Shown here: in pieces, positions 13,301-27,700 of the stretch
Numbering within the stretch: position 1 is the stretch's first letter
How the letters are laid out: each line of letters starts with the position of its first letter
Assembly (NCBI GenBank): GCA_964016885.1
Contig: OZ024740.1
Coordinates: 137,268,001-137,332,000 of the forward strand
From: Eledone cirrhosa
Taxonomy: Eukaryota
DNA length: 64,000 bases
Direction: 5' to 3'
Notes under the pieces: model-generated
Seen by the model: only the letters and a program-made list of their open reading frames with translations
Told to the model about the DNA's origin: nothing
Database searches by the model: none
Program-made: the position numbers and the translations under genes

Positions 13301-16300
13301 CACTTTTCTCTCAATCTCCAATTCTCTCTTTCTCTTCTCAATTTTCCCCCAATCTCCAATTCTCTATTTCTCTTAGCACTTTTCTCTCAATCCCCCATTC
13401 TCTCTCTCTCTTATCACTTTTCTCTCAATCTCCAATTCTCTCTTTCTCTCATCACTTTTCTCTCAAACTCCAATTCTCTCTTTCTCTTATCACTTTTCTC
13501 TCAATCTACAACTCTCTCTTTCTCTTATCCCTTTTCTCTCAATCTCCAATTATCTCTTTCTCTTATCACTTTTCTCTCAATCTCCAATTCTCTCTTTCCC
13601 TTCTCACTTTTCCTTCAATCTCCAATTCTCTCTTTCTCTTCTCACTTTTCTCTCAATCTCCAATCCTCTTTATCTGTTCTCAGTTTTCACCCAATCTCCA
13701 ATTCTCTCTTTCTCTTATCACTTTTCTCTCAATCTCCCATTCTCTCTCTCTCTTATCACTTTTCTCTCAATCTCCAATTCTCTCTTTCTCTTATCACTTT
13801 TCTCTCAATCTCCAATTCTCTCTTTCTCTTATCACTTTTCTGCCAATCTCCAATTCTCTCTTTCTCTTATCACTTTTCTCTCAATCTGCAATTCTCTCTT
13901 TCTCTTATCACTTTTCTCTCAATCTCCAATTCTCTCATTCTCTTCTCACTTTTCCCCTAATCTCCAATTCTCTCTTTCTCTTATCACTTTTCTCTCAATC
14001 TCCAATTCTCTCTTTCTCTCATCACTTTTCTCTCAATCTCCAATTCTCTCTTTCTCTTATCACTTTTCTCTCAATCTCCAATTCTCTCTTTCTCTTATCC
14101 ATTTTCTCTCAATCTCCAATTCTCTCTTTCTTTTCTCACTTTTCCCCCAATATCCAATTCTCTCTTTCTCTTCACACTTTTCCCCCAATCTCCAATTCTC
14201 TCTTTCTCTTATCACTTTTCTCTCAATCTCCAATTTTCTCTTTCTCTTATCACTTTTCTCTCAATCTCCAATCTCTCTTTCTCATATCACTTTTCTCTCA
14301 AACTCCAATTCTCTCTTTCTCTCATCACTTTTCTCTCAATCTCCAATTCTCTCTTTCTCTTATCACTTTTGTCTCAATCTCCAACTCTCTCTTTCTCTTA
14401 TCCCTTTTCTCTCAATCTCCAATTCTCTCTTTCTCTTCTCACTTTTCTCTCAATCTCCAATCCTCTCTATCTGTTCTCAGTTTTCCCCCAATCTCCAATT
14501 CTCTATTTCTCTTAGCACTTTTCTTTCAATCCCCCATTCTCCCTCTCTCTTATCACTTTTCTCTCAATCTCCAATTCTCTCTTTCTCTTATCACTTTTCT
14601 CTCAATCTCCAATTCTCTCTTTCTCTTATCACTTTTCTCTCAATCTCCAATTCTCTCTTTCTCTTATTAGTTTTCTCTCAATCTCCAATTCTCTCTTTCT
14701 CTTATCACTTTTATCTCAATCTCCAATTCTCTCTTTCTCTTATCACTTTTCTCTCAATCTCCAATTCTCTCTTTCTCTTATCACTTGTTCCCCAATCTAC
14801 AATTCTCTCTTTCTCTTATCACTTTTCTCTCAATCTCCACTTCTCTCTTTCTCTTATCACTTTTCCCATAATCTCAAATTCTCTCTTTCTTTTATCACTT
14901 TTCTCTCAATCTCCAATTCTCTCTTTCTCTTATCACTTTTCTGCCAATCTCCAATTCTCTCTTTCTCTTATCACTTTTCTCTCAATCTCCAATTCTCTCT
15001 TTCTCTTATCACTTTTCTCTCAATCTCCAACTCTCTCTTTCTCTTATCCCTTTTCTCTCAATCTCCAATTCTCTCTTTCTCTTATCACTTTTCTCTAAAT
15101 CTCCAATTCTCTCTTTCTCTTCTCACTTTTCCCCTAATCTCCAATTCTCTCTTTCTCTTATCACTTTTCTCTCAATCCCCAATTCTCTCTTTCTCTCATC
15201 ACTTTTCTCTCAATCTCCAATTCTCTCTTTCTCTTATCACTTTTCTCTCAATCTCCAATTCTCTCTTTCTCTTATCCATTTTCTCTCAATTTGCAATTCT
15301 CTCTTTCTTTTCTCACTTTTCCCCCAATCTCCAATTCTCTCTTTCTCTTCACACTTTTCCCCCAATCTCCAATTCTCTCTTTCTCTTATCACTTTTCTCT
15401 CAATCTCCAATCTCTCTTTCTCATATTACTTTTCTCTCAAACTCCAATTCTCTCTTTCTCTCATCACTTTTCTCTCAATCTCCAATTCTCTCTTTCTCTT
15501 ATCACTTTTCTCTCAATCTCCAACTCTCTCTTTCTCTTATCCCTTTTCTCTCAATCTCCAATTCTCTCTTTCTCTTCTCACTTTTCTCTCAATCTCCAAT
15601 CCTCTCTTTCTGTTCTCAGTTTTCCCCCAATCTCCAATTCTCTATTTCTCTTAGCACTTTTCTCTCAATCCCCCATTCTCTCCCTCTCTCATCACTTTTC
15701 TCTCAATCTCCAATTCTCTCTTTCTCTTATCACTTTTCTCTCAATCTCCAATTCTCTCTTTCTCTTATCACTTTTCTCTCAATCTCCAATTCTCTCTTTC
15801 TCTTATCAGTTTTCTCTCAATCTGCAATTCTCTCTTTCTCTTATCACTTTTCTCTCAATCTCCAATTCTTTCTTTCTCTTCTCACTTTTCCCCTAATCTC
15901 CAATTCTCTCTTTCTCTTATCACTTTTCTCTCAATCTCCAATTCTCTCTTTCTCTTATCACTTTTCTCTCAATCTCCAATTCTCTCTTTCTCTTATCCAT
16001 TTTCTCTCAATCTGCCATTCTCTCTTTCTTTTCTCACTTTTCCCCCAATCTCCAATTCTCTCTTTCTCTTCACACTTTTCCCCCAATCTCCAATTCTCTC
16101 ATTCTCTTCACACTTTTCCACCAATCTCCAATTCTCTCTTTCTCTTCTCACTTTTCTCTCAATCTCCAATTCTCCCTTTCTCTTATCACTTTTCTCTCAA
16201 TCTCCAACTCTCTCTTTCTGTTATCCCTTTTCTCTCAATCTCCAATTCTCTCTTTCTCTTCTCACTTTTCTCTCAATCTCCAATCCTCTCTTTGTGTTCT

Positions 16301-18759
16301 CAGTTTTCCCCCAATCTCCAATTCTCTATTTCTCTTAGCACTTTTCTCTCAATCCCCCATTCTCTCTCTCTCTTATCACTTTTCTCTCAATCTCCAATTC
16401 TCTCTTTCTCTTCTCACTTTTCTCTCAATCTCCAATTCTCTCTTTCTCTTATCACTTTTCTCTCAATCTCCAATTCTCTCTTTCTCTTATCACTTTTCTC
16501 TCAATCTCCAATTCTCACTTTCTCTTATCAGTTTTCTCTCAATCTGCAATTCTCTCTTTCTCTTATCACTTTTCTCTCAATCTCCAATTCTCTCTTTCTC
16601 TTCTCACTTTTCCCCTAATCTCCAATTCTCTCTTTCTCTTATCACTTTTCTCTCAATCTCCAATTCTCTCTTTCTCTTATCACTTTTCTCTCAATCTCAA
16701 TTCTCTCTTTCTCTTATCACTTTTCTCTCAATCTCCAATTCTCTCTTTCTCTTATTAGTTTTCTCTCAATCTCCAATTCTCTCTTTCTCTTATCACTTTT
16801 ATCTCAATCTCCAATTCTCTCTTTCTCTTATCACTTTTCTCTCAATCTCCAATTCTCTCTTTCTCTTCTCACTTTTCCCCTAATCTCCAATTCTCTCTTT
16901 CTCTTATCACTTTTCTCTCAATCTCCAATTCTCTCTTTCTCTTATCACTTTTCTCTCAATCTCAATTCTCTCTTTCTCTTATCACTTTTCTCTCAATCTC
17001 CAATTCTCTCTTTCCCTTATTAGTTTTCTCTCAATCTCCAATTCTCTCTTTCTCTTATCACTTTTATCTCAATCTCCAATTCTCTCTTTCTCTTATCACT
17101 TTTCTCTCAATCTCCAATTCTCTCTTTCTCTTATCACTTGTTCCCCAATCTACAATTCTCTCTTTCTCTTATCACTTTTCTCTCAATCTCCACTTCTCTC
17201 TTTCTCTTATCACTTTTCCCATAATCTCAAATTCTCTCTTTCTTTTATCACTTTTCTCTCAATCTCTAATTCTCTCTTTCTCTTATGACTTTTCTGCCAA
17301 TCTCCAATTCTCTCTTTCTCTTATCACTTTTCTCTCAATCTCCAATTCTCTCTTTCTCTCATCACTTTTCTCTCAATCTCCAATTCTCTCTTTCTCTTAT
17401 CACTGTTCTCTCAATCTCTAATTCTCTCTTTCTCTTATCACTTTTCCCATAATCTCCAATTCTCTCTTTCTCTTATCACTTTTCTCTCAATCTCCAATTC
17501 TCTCTTTCTCTTATCACTTTTCCCATAATCTCCAATTCTCTCTTTCTCTTATCACTTTTCTCTCAATCTCCAATTCTCTCTTTCTCTTATCACTTTTCTC
17601 TAAATCTCCAATTCTCTCTTTCTCTTCTCACTTTTCCCCTAATCTCCAATTCTCTCTTTCTCTTATCACTTTTCTCTCAATCCCCAATTCTCTCTTTCTC
17701 TCATCACTTTTCTCTCAATCTCCAATTCTCTCTTTCTCTTATCACTTTTCTCTCAATCTCCAATTCTCTCTTTCTCTTATCCATTTTCTCTCAATTTGCA
17801 ATTCTCTCTTTCTTTTCTCACTTTTCCCCCAATCTCCAATTCTCTCTTTCTCTTCACACTTTTCCCCCAATCTCCAATTCTCTCTTTCTCTTATCACTTT
17901 TCTCTCAATCTCCAATCTCTCTTTCTCATATTAATTTTCTCTCAAACTCCAATTCTCTCTTTCTCTCATCACTTTTCTCTCAATCTCCAATTCTCTATTT
18001 CTCTTAGCACTTTTCTCTCAATCCCCCATTCTCTCCCTCTCTCATCACTTTTCTCTCAATCTCCAATTCTCTCTTTCTCTTATCACTTTTCTCTCAATCT
18101 CCAATTCTCTCTTTCTCTTATCACTTTTCTCTCAATCTCCAATTCTCTCTTTCTCTTATCAGTTTTCTCTCAATCTGCAATTCTCTCTTTCTCTTATCAC
18201 TTTTCTCTCAATCTCCAATTCTTTCTTTCTCTTCTCACTTTTCCCCTAATCTCCAATTCTCTCTTTCTCTTATCACTTTTCTCTCAATCTCCAATTCTCT
18301 CTTTCTCTTATCACTTTTCTCTCAATCTCCAATTCTCTCTTTCTCTTATCCATTTTCTCTCAATCTGCAATTCTCTCTTTCTTTTCTCACTTTTCCCCCA
18401 ATCTCCAATTCTCTCTTTCTCTTCACACTTTTCCCCCAATCTCCAATTCTCTCATTCTCTTCACACTTTTCCCCCAATCTCCAATTCTCTCTTTCTCTTC
18501 TCACTTTTCTCTCAATCTCCAATTCTCCCTTTCTCTTATCACTTTTCTCTCAATCTCCAACTCTCTCTTTCTGTTATCCCTTTTCTCTCAATCTCCAATT
18601 CTCTCTTTCTCTTCTCACTTTTCTCTCAATCTCCAATCCTCTCTTTGTGTTCTCAGTTTTCCCCCAATCTCCAATTCTCTATTTCTCTTAGCACTTTTCT
18701 CTCAATCCCCCATTCTCTCTCTCTCTTATCACTTTTCTCTCAATCTCCAATTCTCTCTT

Positions 18760-19800
18760 TCTCTTCTCACTTTTCTCTCAATCTCCAATTCTCTCTTTCT
18801 CTTATCACTTTTCTCTCAATCTCCAATTCTCTCTTTCTCTTATCACTTTTCTCTCAATCTCCAATTCTCACTTTCTCTTATCAGTTTTCTCTCAATCTGC
18901 AATTCTCTCTTTCTCTTATCACTTTTCTCTCAATCTCCAATTCTCTCTTTCTCTTCTCACTTTTCCCCTAATCTCCAATTCTCTCTTTCTCTTATCACTT
19001 TTCTCTCAATCTCCAATTCTCTCTTTCTCTTCTCACTTTTCCCCTAATCTCCAATTCTCTCTCTCTCTTATCACTTTTCTCTCAATCTCCAATTCTCTCT
19101 TTCTCTTATCACTTTTCTCTCAATCTCCAATTCTCTCTTTCTCTTATCACTTTTCTCTCAATCTCCAATTCTCTCTTTCTCTTATCACTTTTCTCTCAAT
19201 CTCCAATTCTCACTTTCTCTTATCAGTTTTCTCTCAATCTGCAATTCTCTCTTTCTCTTATCACTTTTCTCTCAATCTCCAATTCTCTCTTTCTCTTCTC
19301 ACTTTTCCCCTAATCTCCAATTCTCTCTTTCTCTTATCACTTTTCTCTCAATCTCCAATTCTCTCTTTCTCTTCTCACTTTTCCCCTAATCTCCAATTCT
19401 CTCTCTCTCTTATCACTTTTCTCTCAATCTCCAATTCTCTCTTTCTCTTATCACTTTTCTCTCAATCTCCAATTCTCTCCTTCTCTTATCACTTTTCTCT
19501 CAATCTCCAATTCTCTCTTTCTCTTATCACTTTTCTCTCAATCTCCAATTCTCACTTTCTCTTATCAGTTTTCTCTCAATCTGCAATTCTCTCTTTCTCT
19601 TATCACTTTTCTCTCAATCTCCAATTCTCTCTTTCTCTTCTCACTTTTCCCCTAATCTCCAATTCTCTCTTTCTCTTATCACTTTTCTCTCAATCTCCAA
19701 TTCTCTCTTTCTCTTCTCACTTTTCCCCTAATCTCCAATTCTCTCTCTCTTATCACTTTTCTCTCAATCTCCAATTCTCTCTTTCTCTTATCACTTTTCT
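18760..19800 (+). repeat. Three tandem copies of a 9-monomer (342 bp) unit
   Basis: The variant A of AATTCTCACTTT lies at 18870, 19212 and 19554 (342 bp steps), each followed by two CCCCT monomers and a (CT)n monomer. Confidence 0.85.
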
Positions 19801-22800
19801 CTCAATCTCCAATTCTCTCTTTCTCTTATCACTTTTCTCTCAATCTCAATTCTCTCTTTCTCTTATCACTTTTCTCTCAATCTCCAATTCTCTCTTTCTC
19901 TTATTAGTTTTCTCTCAATCTCCAATTCTCTCTTTCTCTTATCACTTTTATCTCAATCTCCAATTCTCTCTTTCTCTTATCACTTTTCTCTCAATCTCCA
20001 ATTCTCTCTTTCTCTTCTCACTTTTCCCCTAATCTCCAATTCTCTCTTTCTCTTATCACTTTTCTCTCAATCTCCAATTCTCTCTTTCTCTTATCACTTT
20101 TCTCTCAATCTCAATTCTCTCTTTCTCTTATCACTTTTCTCTCAATCTCCAATTCTCTCTTTCTCTTATTATTTTTCTCTCAATCTCCAATTCTCTCTTT
20201 CTCTTATCACTTTTATCTCAATCTCCAATTCTCTCTTTCTCTTATCACTTTTCTCTCAATCTCCAATTCTCTCTTTCTCTTATCACTTTTCTCTCAATCT
20301 CCAATTCTCTCTTTCTCTTATCAGTTTTCTCTCAATCTGCAATTCTCTCTTTCTCTTATCACTTTTCTCTCAATCTCCAATTCTTTCTTTCTCTTCTCAC
20401 TTTTCCCCTAATCTCCAATTCTCTCTTTCTCTTATCACTTTTCTCTCAATCTCCAATTCTCTCTTTCTCTTATCACTTTTCTCTCAATCTCCAATTCTCT
20501 CTTTCTCTTATCCATTTTCTCTCAATCTCCAATTCTCTCTTTCTCTTCACACTTTTCCCCCAATCTCCAATTCTCTCATTCTCTTCACACTTTTCCCCCA
20601 ATCTCCAATTCTCTCTTTCTCTTCTCACTTTTCTCTCAATCTCCAATTCTCCCTTTCTCTTATCACTTTTCTCTCAATCTCCAACTCTCTCTTTCTGTTA
20701 TCCCTTTTCTCTCAATCTCCAATTCTCTCTTTCTCTTCTCACTTTTCTCTCAATCTCCAATCCTCTCTTTGTGTTCTCAGTTTTCCCCCAATCTCCAATT
20801 CTCTATTTCTCTTAGCACTTTTCTCTCAATCCCCCATTCTCTCTCTCTCTTATCACTTTTCTCTCAATCTCCAATTCTCTCTTTCTCTTCTCACTTTTCT
20901 CTCAATCTCCAATTCTCTCTTTCTCTTATCACTTTTCTCTCAATCTCCAATTCTCTCTTTCTCTTATCACTTTTCTCTCAATCTCCAATTCTCACTTTCT
21001 CTTATCAGTTTTCTCTCAATCTGCAATTCTCTCTTTCTCTTATCACTTTTCTCTCAATCTCCAATTCTCTCTTTCTCTTCTCACTTTTCCCCTAATCTCC
21101 AATTCTCTCTTTCTCTTATCACTTTTCTCTCAATCTCCAATTCTCTCTTTCTCTTATCACTTTTCTCTCAATCTCAATTCTCTCTTTCTCTTATCACTTT
21201 TCTCTCAATCTCCAATTCTCTCTTTCTCTTATTAGTTTTCTCTCAATCTCCAATTCTCTCTTTCTCTTATCACTTTTATCTCAATCTCCAATTCTCTCTT
21301 TCTCTTATCACTTTTCTCTCAATCTCCAATCTCTCTTTCTCATATTAATTTTCTCTCAATCTCCAATTCTCTCTTTCTCTTATTAGTTTTCTCTCAATCT
21401 CCAATTCTCTCTTTCTCTTATTAGTTTTCTCTCAATCTCCAATTCTCTCTTTCTCTTATCACTTTTATCTCAATCTCCAATTCTCTCTTTCTCTTATCAC
21501 TTTTCTCTCAATCTCCAATTCTCTCTTTCTCTTATCACTTGTTCCCCAATCTACAATTCTCTCTTTCTCTTATCACTTTTCTCTCAATCTCCACTTCTCT
21601 CTTTCTCTTATCACTTTTCCCATAATCTCAAATTCTCTCTTTCTTTTATCACTTTTCTCTCAATCTCTAATTCTCTCTTTCTCTTATGACTTTTCTGCCA
21701 ATCTCCAATTCTCTCTTTCTCTTATCACTTTTCTCTCAATCTCCAATTCTCTCTTTCTCTTATCACTTTTCTCTCAATCTCCAATTCTCTCTTTCTCTTA
21801 TCACTGTTCTCTCAATCTCTAATTCTCTCTTTCTCTTATCACTTTTCCCATAATCTCCAATTCTCTCTTTCTCTTATCACTTTTCTCTCAATCTCCAATT
21901 CTCTCTTTCTCTTATCACTTTTCCCATAATCTCCAATTCTCTCTTTCTCTTATCACTTTTCTCTCAATCTCCAATTCTCTCTTTCTCTTATCACTTTTCT
22001 CTAAATCTCCAATTCTCTCTTTCTCTTCTCACTTTTCCCCTAATCTCCAATTCTCTCTTTCTCTTATCACTTTTCTCTCAATCCCCAATTCTCTCTTTCT
22101 CTCATCACTTTTCTCTCAATCTCCAATTCTCTCTTTCTCTTATCACTTTTCTCTCAATCTCCAATTCTCTCTTTCTCTTATCCATTTTCTCTCAATTTGC
22201 AATTCTCTCTTTCTTTTCTCACTTTTCCCCCAATCTCCAATTCTCTCTTTCTCTTCACACTTTTCCCCCAATCTCCAATTCTCTCTTTCTCTTATCACTT
22301 TTCTCTCAATCTCCAATCTCTCTTTCTCATATTAATTTTCTCTCAAACTCCAATTCTCTCTTTCTCTCATCACTTTTCTCTCAATCTCCAATTCTCTATT
22401 TCTCTTAGCACTTTTCTCTCAATCCCCCATTCTCTCCCTCTCTCATCACTTTTCTCTCAATCTCCAATTCTCTCTTTCTCTTATCACTTTTCTCTCAATC
22501 TCCAATTCTCTCTTTCTCTTATCACTTTTCTCTCAATCTCCAATTCTCTCTTTCTCTTATCAGTTTTCTCTCAATCTGCAATTCTCTCTTTCTCTTATCA
22601 CTTTTCTCTCAATCTCCAATTCTTTCTTTCTCTTCTCACTTTTCCCCTAATCTCCAATTCTCTCTTTCTCTTATCACTTTTCTCTCAATCTCCAATTCTC
22701 TCTTTCTCTTATCACTTTTCTCTCAATCTCCAATTCTCTCTTTCTCTTATCCATTTTCTCTCAATCTGCAATTCTCTCTTTCTTTTCTCACTTTTCCCCC

Positions 22801-24759
22801 AATCTCCAATTCTCTCTTTCTCTTCACACTTTTCCCCCAATCTCCAATTCTCTCATTCTCTTCACACTTTTCCCCCAATCTCCAATTCTCTCTTTCTCTT
22901 CTCACTTTTCTCTCAATCTCCAATTCTCCCTTTCTCTTATCACTTTTCTCTCAATCTCCAACTCTCTCTTTCTGTTATCCCTTTTCTCTCAATCTCCAAT
23001 TCTCTCTTTCTCTTCTCACTTTTCTCTCAATCTCCAATCCTCTCTTTGTGTTCTCCGTTTTCCCCCAATCTCCAATTCTCTATTTCTCTTAGCACTTTTC
23101 TCTCAATCCCCCATTCTCTCTCTCTCTTATCACTTTTCTCTCAATCTCCAATTCTCTCTTTCTCTTCTCACTTTTCTCTCAATCTCCAATTCTCTCTTTC
23201 TCTTATCACTTTTCTCTCAATCTCCAATTCTCTCTTTCTCTTATCACTTTTCTCTCAATCTCCAATTCTCACTTTCTCTTATCAGTTTTCTCTCAATCTG
23301 CAATTCTCTCTTTCTCTTATCACTTTTCTCTCAATCTCCAATTCTCTCTTTCTCTTCTCACTTTTCCCCTAATCTCCAATTCTCTCTTTCTCTTATCACT
23401 TTTCTCTCAATCTCCAATTCTCTCTTTCTCTTATCACTTTTCTCTCAATCTCAATTCTCTCTTTCTCTTATCACTTTTCTCTCAATCTCCAATTCTCTCT
23501 TTCTCTTATTAGTTTTCTCTCAATCTCCAATTCTCTCTTTCTCTTATCACTTTTATCTCAATCTCCAATTCTCTCTTTCTCTTATCACTTTTCTCTCAAT
23601 CTCCAATTCTCTCTTTCTCTTCTCACTTTTCCCCTAATCTCCAATTCTCTCTTTCTCTTATCACTTTTCTCTCAATCTCCAATTCTCTCTTTCTCTTATC
23701 ACTTTTCTCTCAATCTCCAATTCTCTCTTTCTCTTATTAGTTTTCTCTCAATCTCCAATTCTCTCTTTCTCTTATCACTTTTATCTCAATCTCCAATTCT
23801 CTCTTTCTCTTATCACTTTTCTCTCAATCTCCAATTCTCTCTTTCTGTTATCACTTGTTCCCCAATCTACAATTCTCTCTTTCTCTTATCACTTTTCTCT
23901 CAATCTCCACTTCTCTCTTTCTCTTATCACTTTTCCCATAATCTCAAATTCTCTCTTTCTTTTATCACTTTTCTCTCAATCTCTAATTCTCTCTTTCTCT
24001 TATGACTTTTCTGCCAATCTCCAATTCTCTCTTTCTCTTATCACTTTTCTCTCAATCTCCAATTCTCTCTTTCTCTTATCACTTTTCTCTCAATCTCCAA
24101 TTCTCTCTTTCTCTTATCACTGTTCTCTCAATCTCTAATTCTCTCTTTCTCTTATCACTTTTCCCATAATCTCCAATTCTCTCTTTCTCTTATCACTTTT
24201 CTCTCAATCTCCAATTCTCTCTTTCTCTTATCACTTTTCCCATAATCTCCAATTCTCTCTTTCTCTTATCACTTTTCTCTCAATCTCCAATTCTCTCTTT
24301 CTCTTATCACTTTTCTCTAAATCTCCAATTCTCTCTTTCTCTTCTCACTTTTCCCCTAATCTCCAATTCTCTCTTTCTCTTATCACTTTTCTCTCAATCC
24401 CCAATTCTCTCTTTCTCTCATCACTTTTCTCTCAATCTCCAATTCTCTCTTTCTCTTATCCATTTTCTCTCAATTTGCAATTCTCTCTTTCTTTTCTCAC
24501 TTTTCCCCCAATCTCCAATTCTCTCTTTCTCTTCACACTTTTCCCCCAATCTCCAATTCTCTCTTTCTCTTATCACTTTTCTCTCAATCTCCAATCTCTC
24601 TTTCTCATATTAATTTTCTCTCAAACTCCAATTCTCTCTTTCTCTCATCACTTTTCTCTCAATCTCCAATTCTCTCTTTCTCTTATCACTTTTCTCTCAA
24701 TCTCCAACTCTCTCTTTCTCTTATCCCTTTTCTCTCAATCTCCAATTCTCTCTTTCTCT

Positions 24760-27700
24760 TCTCACTTTTCTCTCAATCTCCAATCCTCTCTTTCTGTTCT
24801 CAGTTTTCCCCCAATCTCCAATTCTCTATTTCTCTTAGCACTTTTCTCTCAATCCCCCATTCTCTCCCTCTCTCATCACTCTTCTCTCAATCTCCAATTC
24901 TCTCTTTCTCTTATCACTTTTCTCTCAATCTCCAATTCTCTCTTTCTCTTATCACTTTTCTCTCAATCTCCAATTCTCTCTTTCTCTTATCAGTTTTCTC
25001 TCAATCTGCAATTCTCTCTTTCTCTTATCACTTTTCTCTCAATCTCCAATTCTCTCTTTCTCTTCTCACTTTTCCCCTAATCTCCAATTCTCTCTTTCTC
25101 TTATCACTTTTCTCTCAATCTCCAATTCTCTCTTTCTCTTATCACTTTTCTCTCAATCTCCAATTCTCTCTTTCTCTTATCCATTTTCTCTCAATCTGCA
25201 ATTCTCTCTTTCTTTTCTCACTTTTCCCCCAATCTCCAATTCTCTCTTTCTCTTCACACTTTTCCCCCAATCTCCAATTCTCTCATTCTCTTCACACTTT
25301 TCCCCCAATCTCCAATTCTCTCTTTCTCTTCTCACTTTTCTCTCAATCTCCAATTCTCCCTTTCTCTTATCACTTTTCTCTCAATCTCCAACTCTCTCTT
25401 TCTGTTATCCCTTTTCTCTCAATCTCCAATTCTCTCTTTCTCTTCTCACTTTTCTCTCAATCTCCAATCCTCTCTTTGTGTTCTCAGTTTTCCCCCAATC
25501 TCCAATTCTCTATTTCCCTTAGCACTTTTCTCTCAATCCCCCATTCTCTCTCTCTCTTATCACTTTTCTCTCAATCTCCAATTCTCTCTTTCTCTTCTCA
25601 CTTTTCTCTCAATCTCCAATTCTCTCTTTCTCTTATCACTTTTCTCTCAATCTCCAATTCTCTCTTTCTCTTATCACTTTTCTCTCAATCTCCAATTCTC
25701 ACTTTCTCTTATCAGTTTTCTCTCAATCTGCAATTCTCTCTTTCTCTTATCACTTTTCTCTCAATCTCCAATTCTCTCTTTCTCTTCTCACTTTTCCCCT
25801 AATCTCCAATTCTCTCTTTCTCTTATCCCTTTTCTCTCAATCTCCAATTCTCTCTTTCTCTTATCACTTTTCTCTCAATCTCAATTCTCTCTTTCTCTTA
25901 TCACTTTTCTCTCAATCTCCAATTCTCTCTTTCTCTTATCCATTTTCTCTCAATCTGCAATTCTCTCTTTCTTTTCTCACTTTTCCCCCAATCTCCAATT
26001 CTCTCTTTCTCTTCACACTTTTCCCCCAATCTCCAATTCTCTCTTTCTCTTCACATTTTTCCCCCAATCTCCAATTCTCTCTTTCTCTTCTCACTTTTCT
26101 CTCAATCTCCAATTCTCTCTTTCTCTTATCACCTTTCTCTCAATCTCCAATTCTCTGTTTCTCTTATCACTTTTCTCTCAATGTCCAATTCTCTCTTTCT
26201 CTTATCACTGTTCTCTCAATCTCTAATTCTCTCTTTCTCTTATCACTTTTCCCATAATCTCCAATTCTCTCTTTCTCTTATCACTTTTCTCTCAATCTCC
26301 AATTCTCTCTTTCTCTTATCACTTTTCTCTAAATCTCCAATTCTCTCTTTCTCTTCTCACTTTTCCCCCAATCTCCAATTCTCTCTTTCTCTTCACACTT
26401 TTCCCCCAATCTCCAATTCTCTCTTTCTCTTCACATTTTTCCCCCAATCTCCAATTCTCTCTTTCTCTTCTCACTTTTCTCTCAATCTCCAATTCTCTCT
26501 TTCTCTTATCACCTTTCTCTCAATCTCCAATTCTCTGTTTCTCTTATCACTTTTCTCTCAATCTCCAATTCTCTCTTTCTCTTATCACTTTTCTCTCAAT
26601 CTCCAACTCTCTCTTTCTCTTATCCCTTTTCTCTCAATCTCCAATTCTCTCTTTCTCTTCTCACTTTTCTCTCAATCTCCAATCCTCTCTTTCTGTTCTC
26701 AGTTTTCCCCCAATCTCCAATTCTCTATTTCTCTTAGCACTTTTCTCTCAATCCCCCATTCTCTCCCTCTCTCATCACTCTTCTCTCAATCTCCAATTCT
26801 CTCTTTCTCTTATCACTTTTCTCTCAATCTCCAATTCTCTCTTTCTCTTATCACTTTTCTCTCAATCTCCAATTCTCTCTTTCTCTTATCAGTTTTCTCT
26901 CAATCTGCAATTCTCTCTTTCTCTTATCACTTTTCTCTCAATCTCCAATTCTCTCTTTCTCTTCTCACTTTTCCCCTAATCTCCAATTCTCTCTTTCTCT
27001 TATCACTTTTCTCTCAATCTCCAATTCTCTCTTTCTCTTATCACTTTTCTCTCAATCTCCAATTCTCTCTTTCTCTTATCCATTTTCTCTCAATCTGCAA
27101 TTCTCTCTTTCTTTTCTCACTTTTCCCCCAATCTCCAATTCTCTCTTTCTCTTCACACTTTTCCCCCAATCTCCAATTCTCTCATTCTCTTCACACTTTT
27201 CCCCCAATCTCCAATTCTCTCTTTCTCTTCTCACTTTTCTCTCAATCTCCAATTCTCCCTTTCTCTTATCACTTTTCTCTCAATCTCCAACTCTCTCTTT
27301 CTGTTATCCCTTTTCTCTCAATCTCCAATTCTCTCTTTCTCTTCTCACTTTTCTCTCAATCTCCAATCCTCTCTTTGTGTTCTCAGTTTTCCCCCAATCT
27401 CCAATTCTCTATTTCCCTTAGCACTTTTCTCTCAATCCCCCATTCTCTCTCTCTCTTATCACTTTTCTCTCAATCTCCAATTCTCTCTTTCTCTTCTCAC
27501 TTTTCTCTCAATCTCCAATTCTCTCTTTCTCTTATCACTTTTCTCTCAATCTCCAATTCTCTCTTTCTCTTATCACTTTTCTCTCAATCTCCAATTCTCA
27601 CTTTCTCTTATCAGTTTTCTCTCAATCTGCAATTCTCTCTTTCTCTTATCACTTTTCTCTCAATCTCCAATTCTCTCTTTCTCTTCTCACTTTTCCCCTA

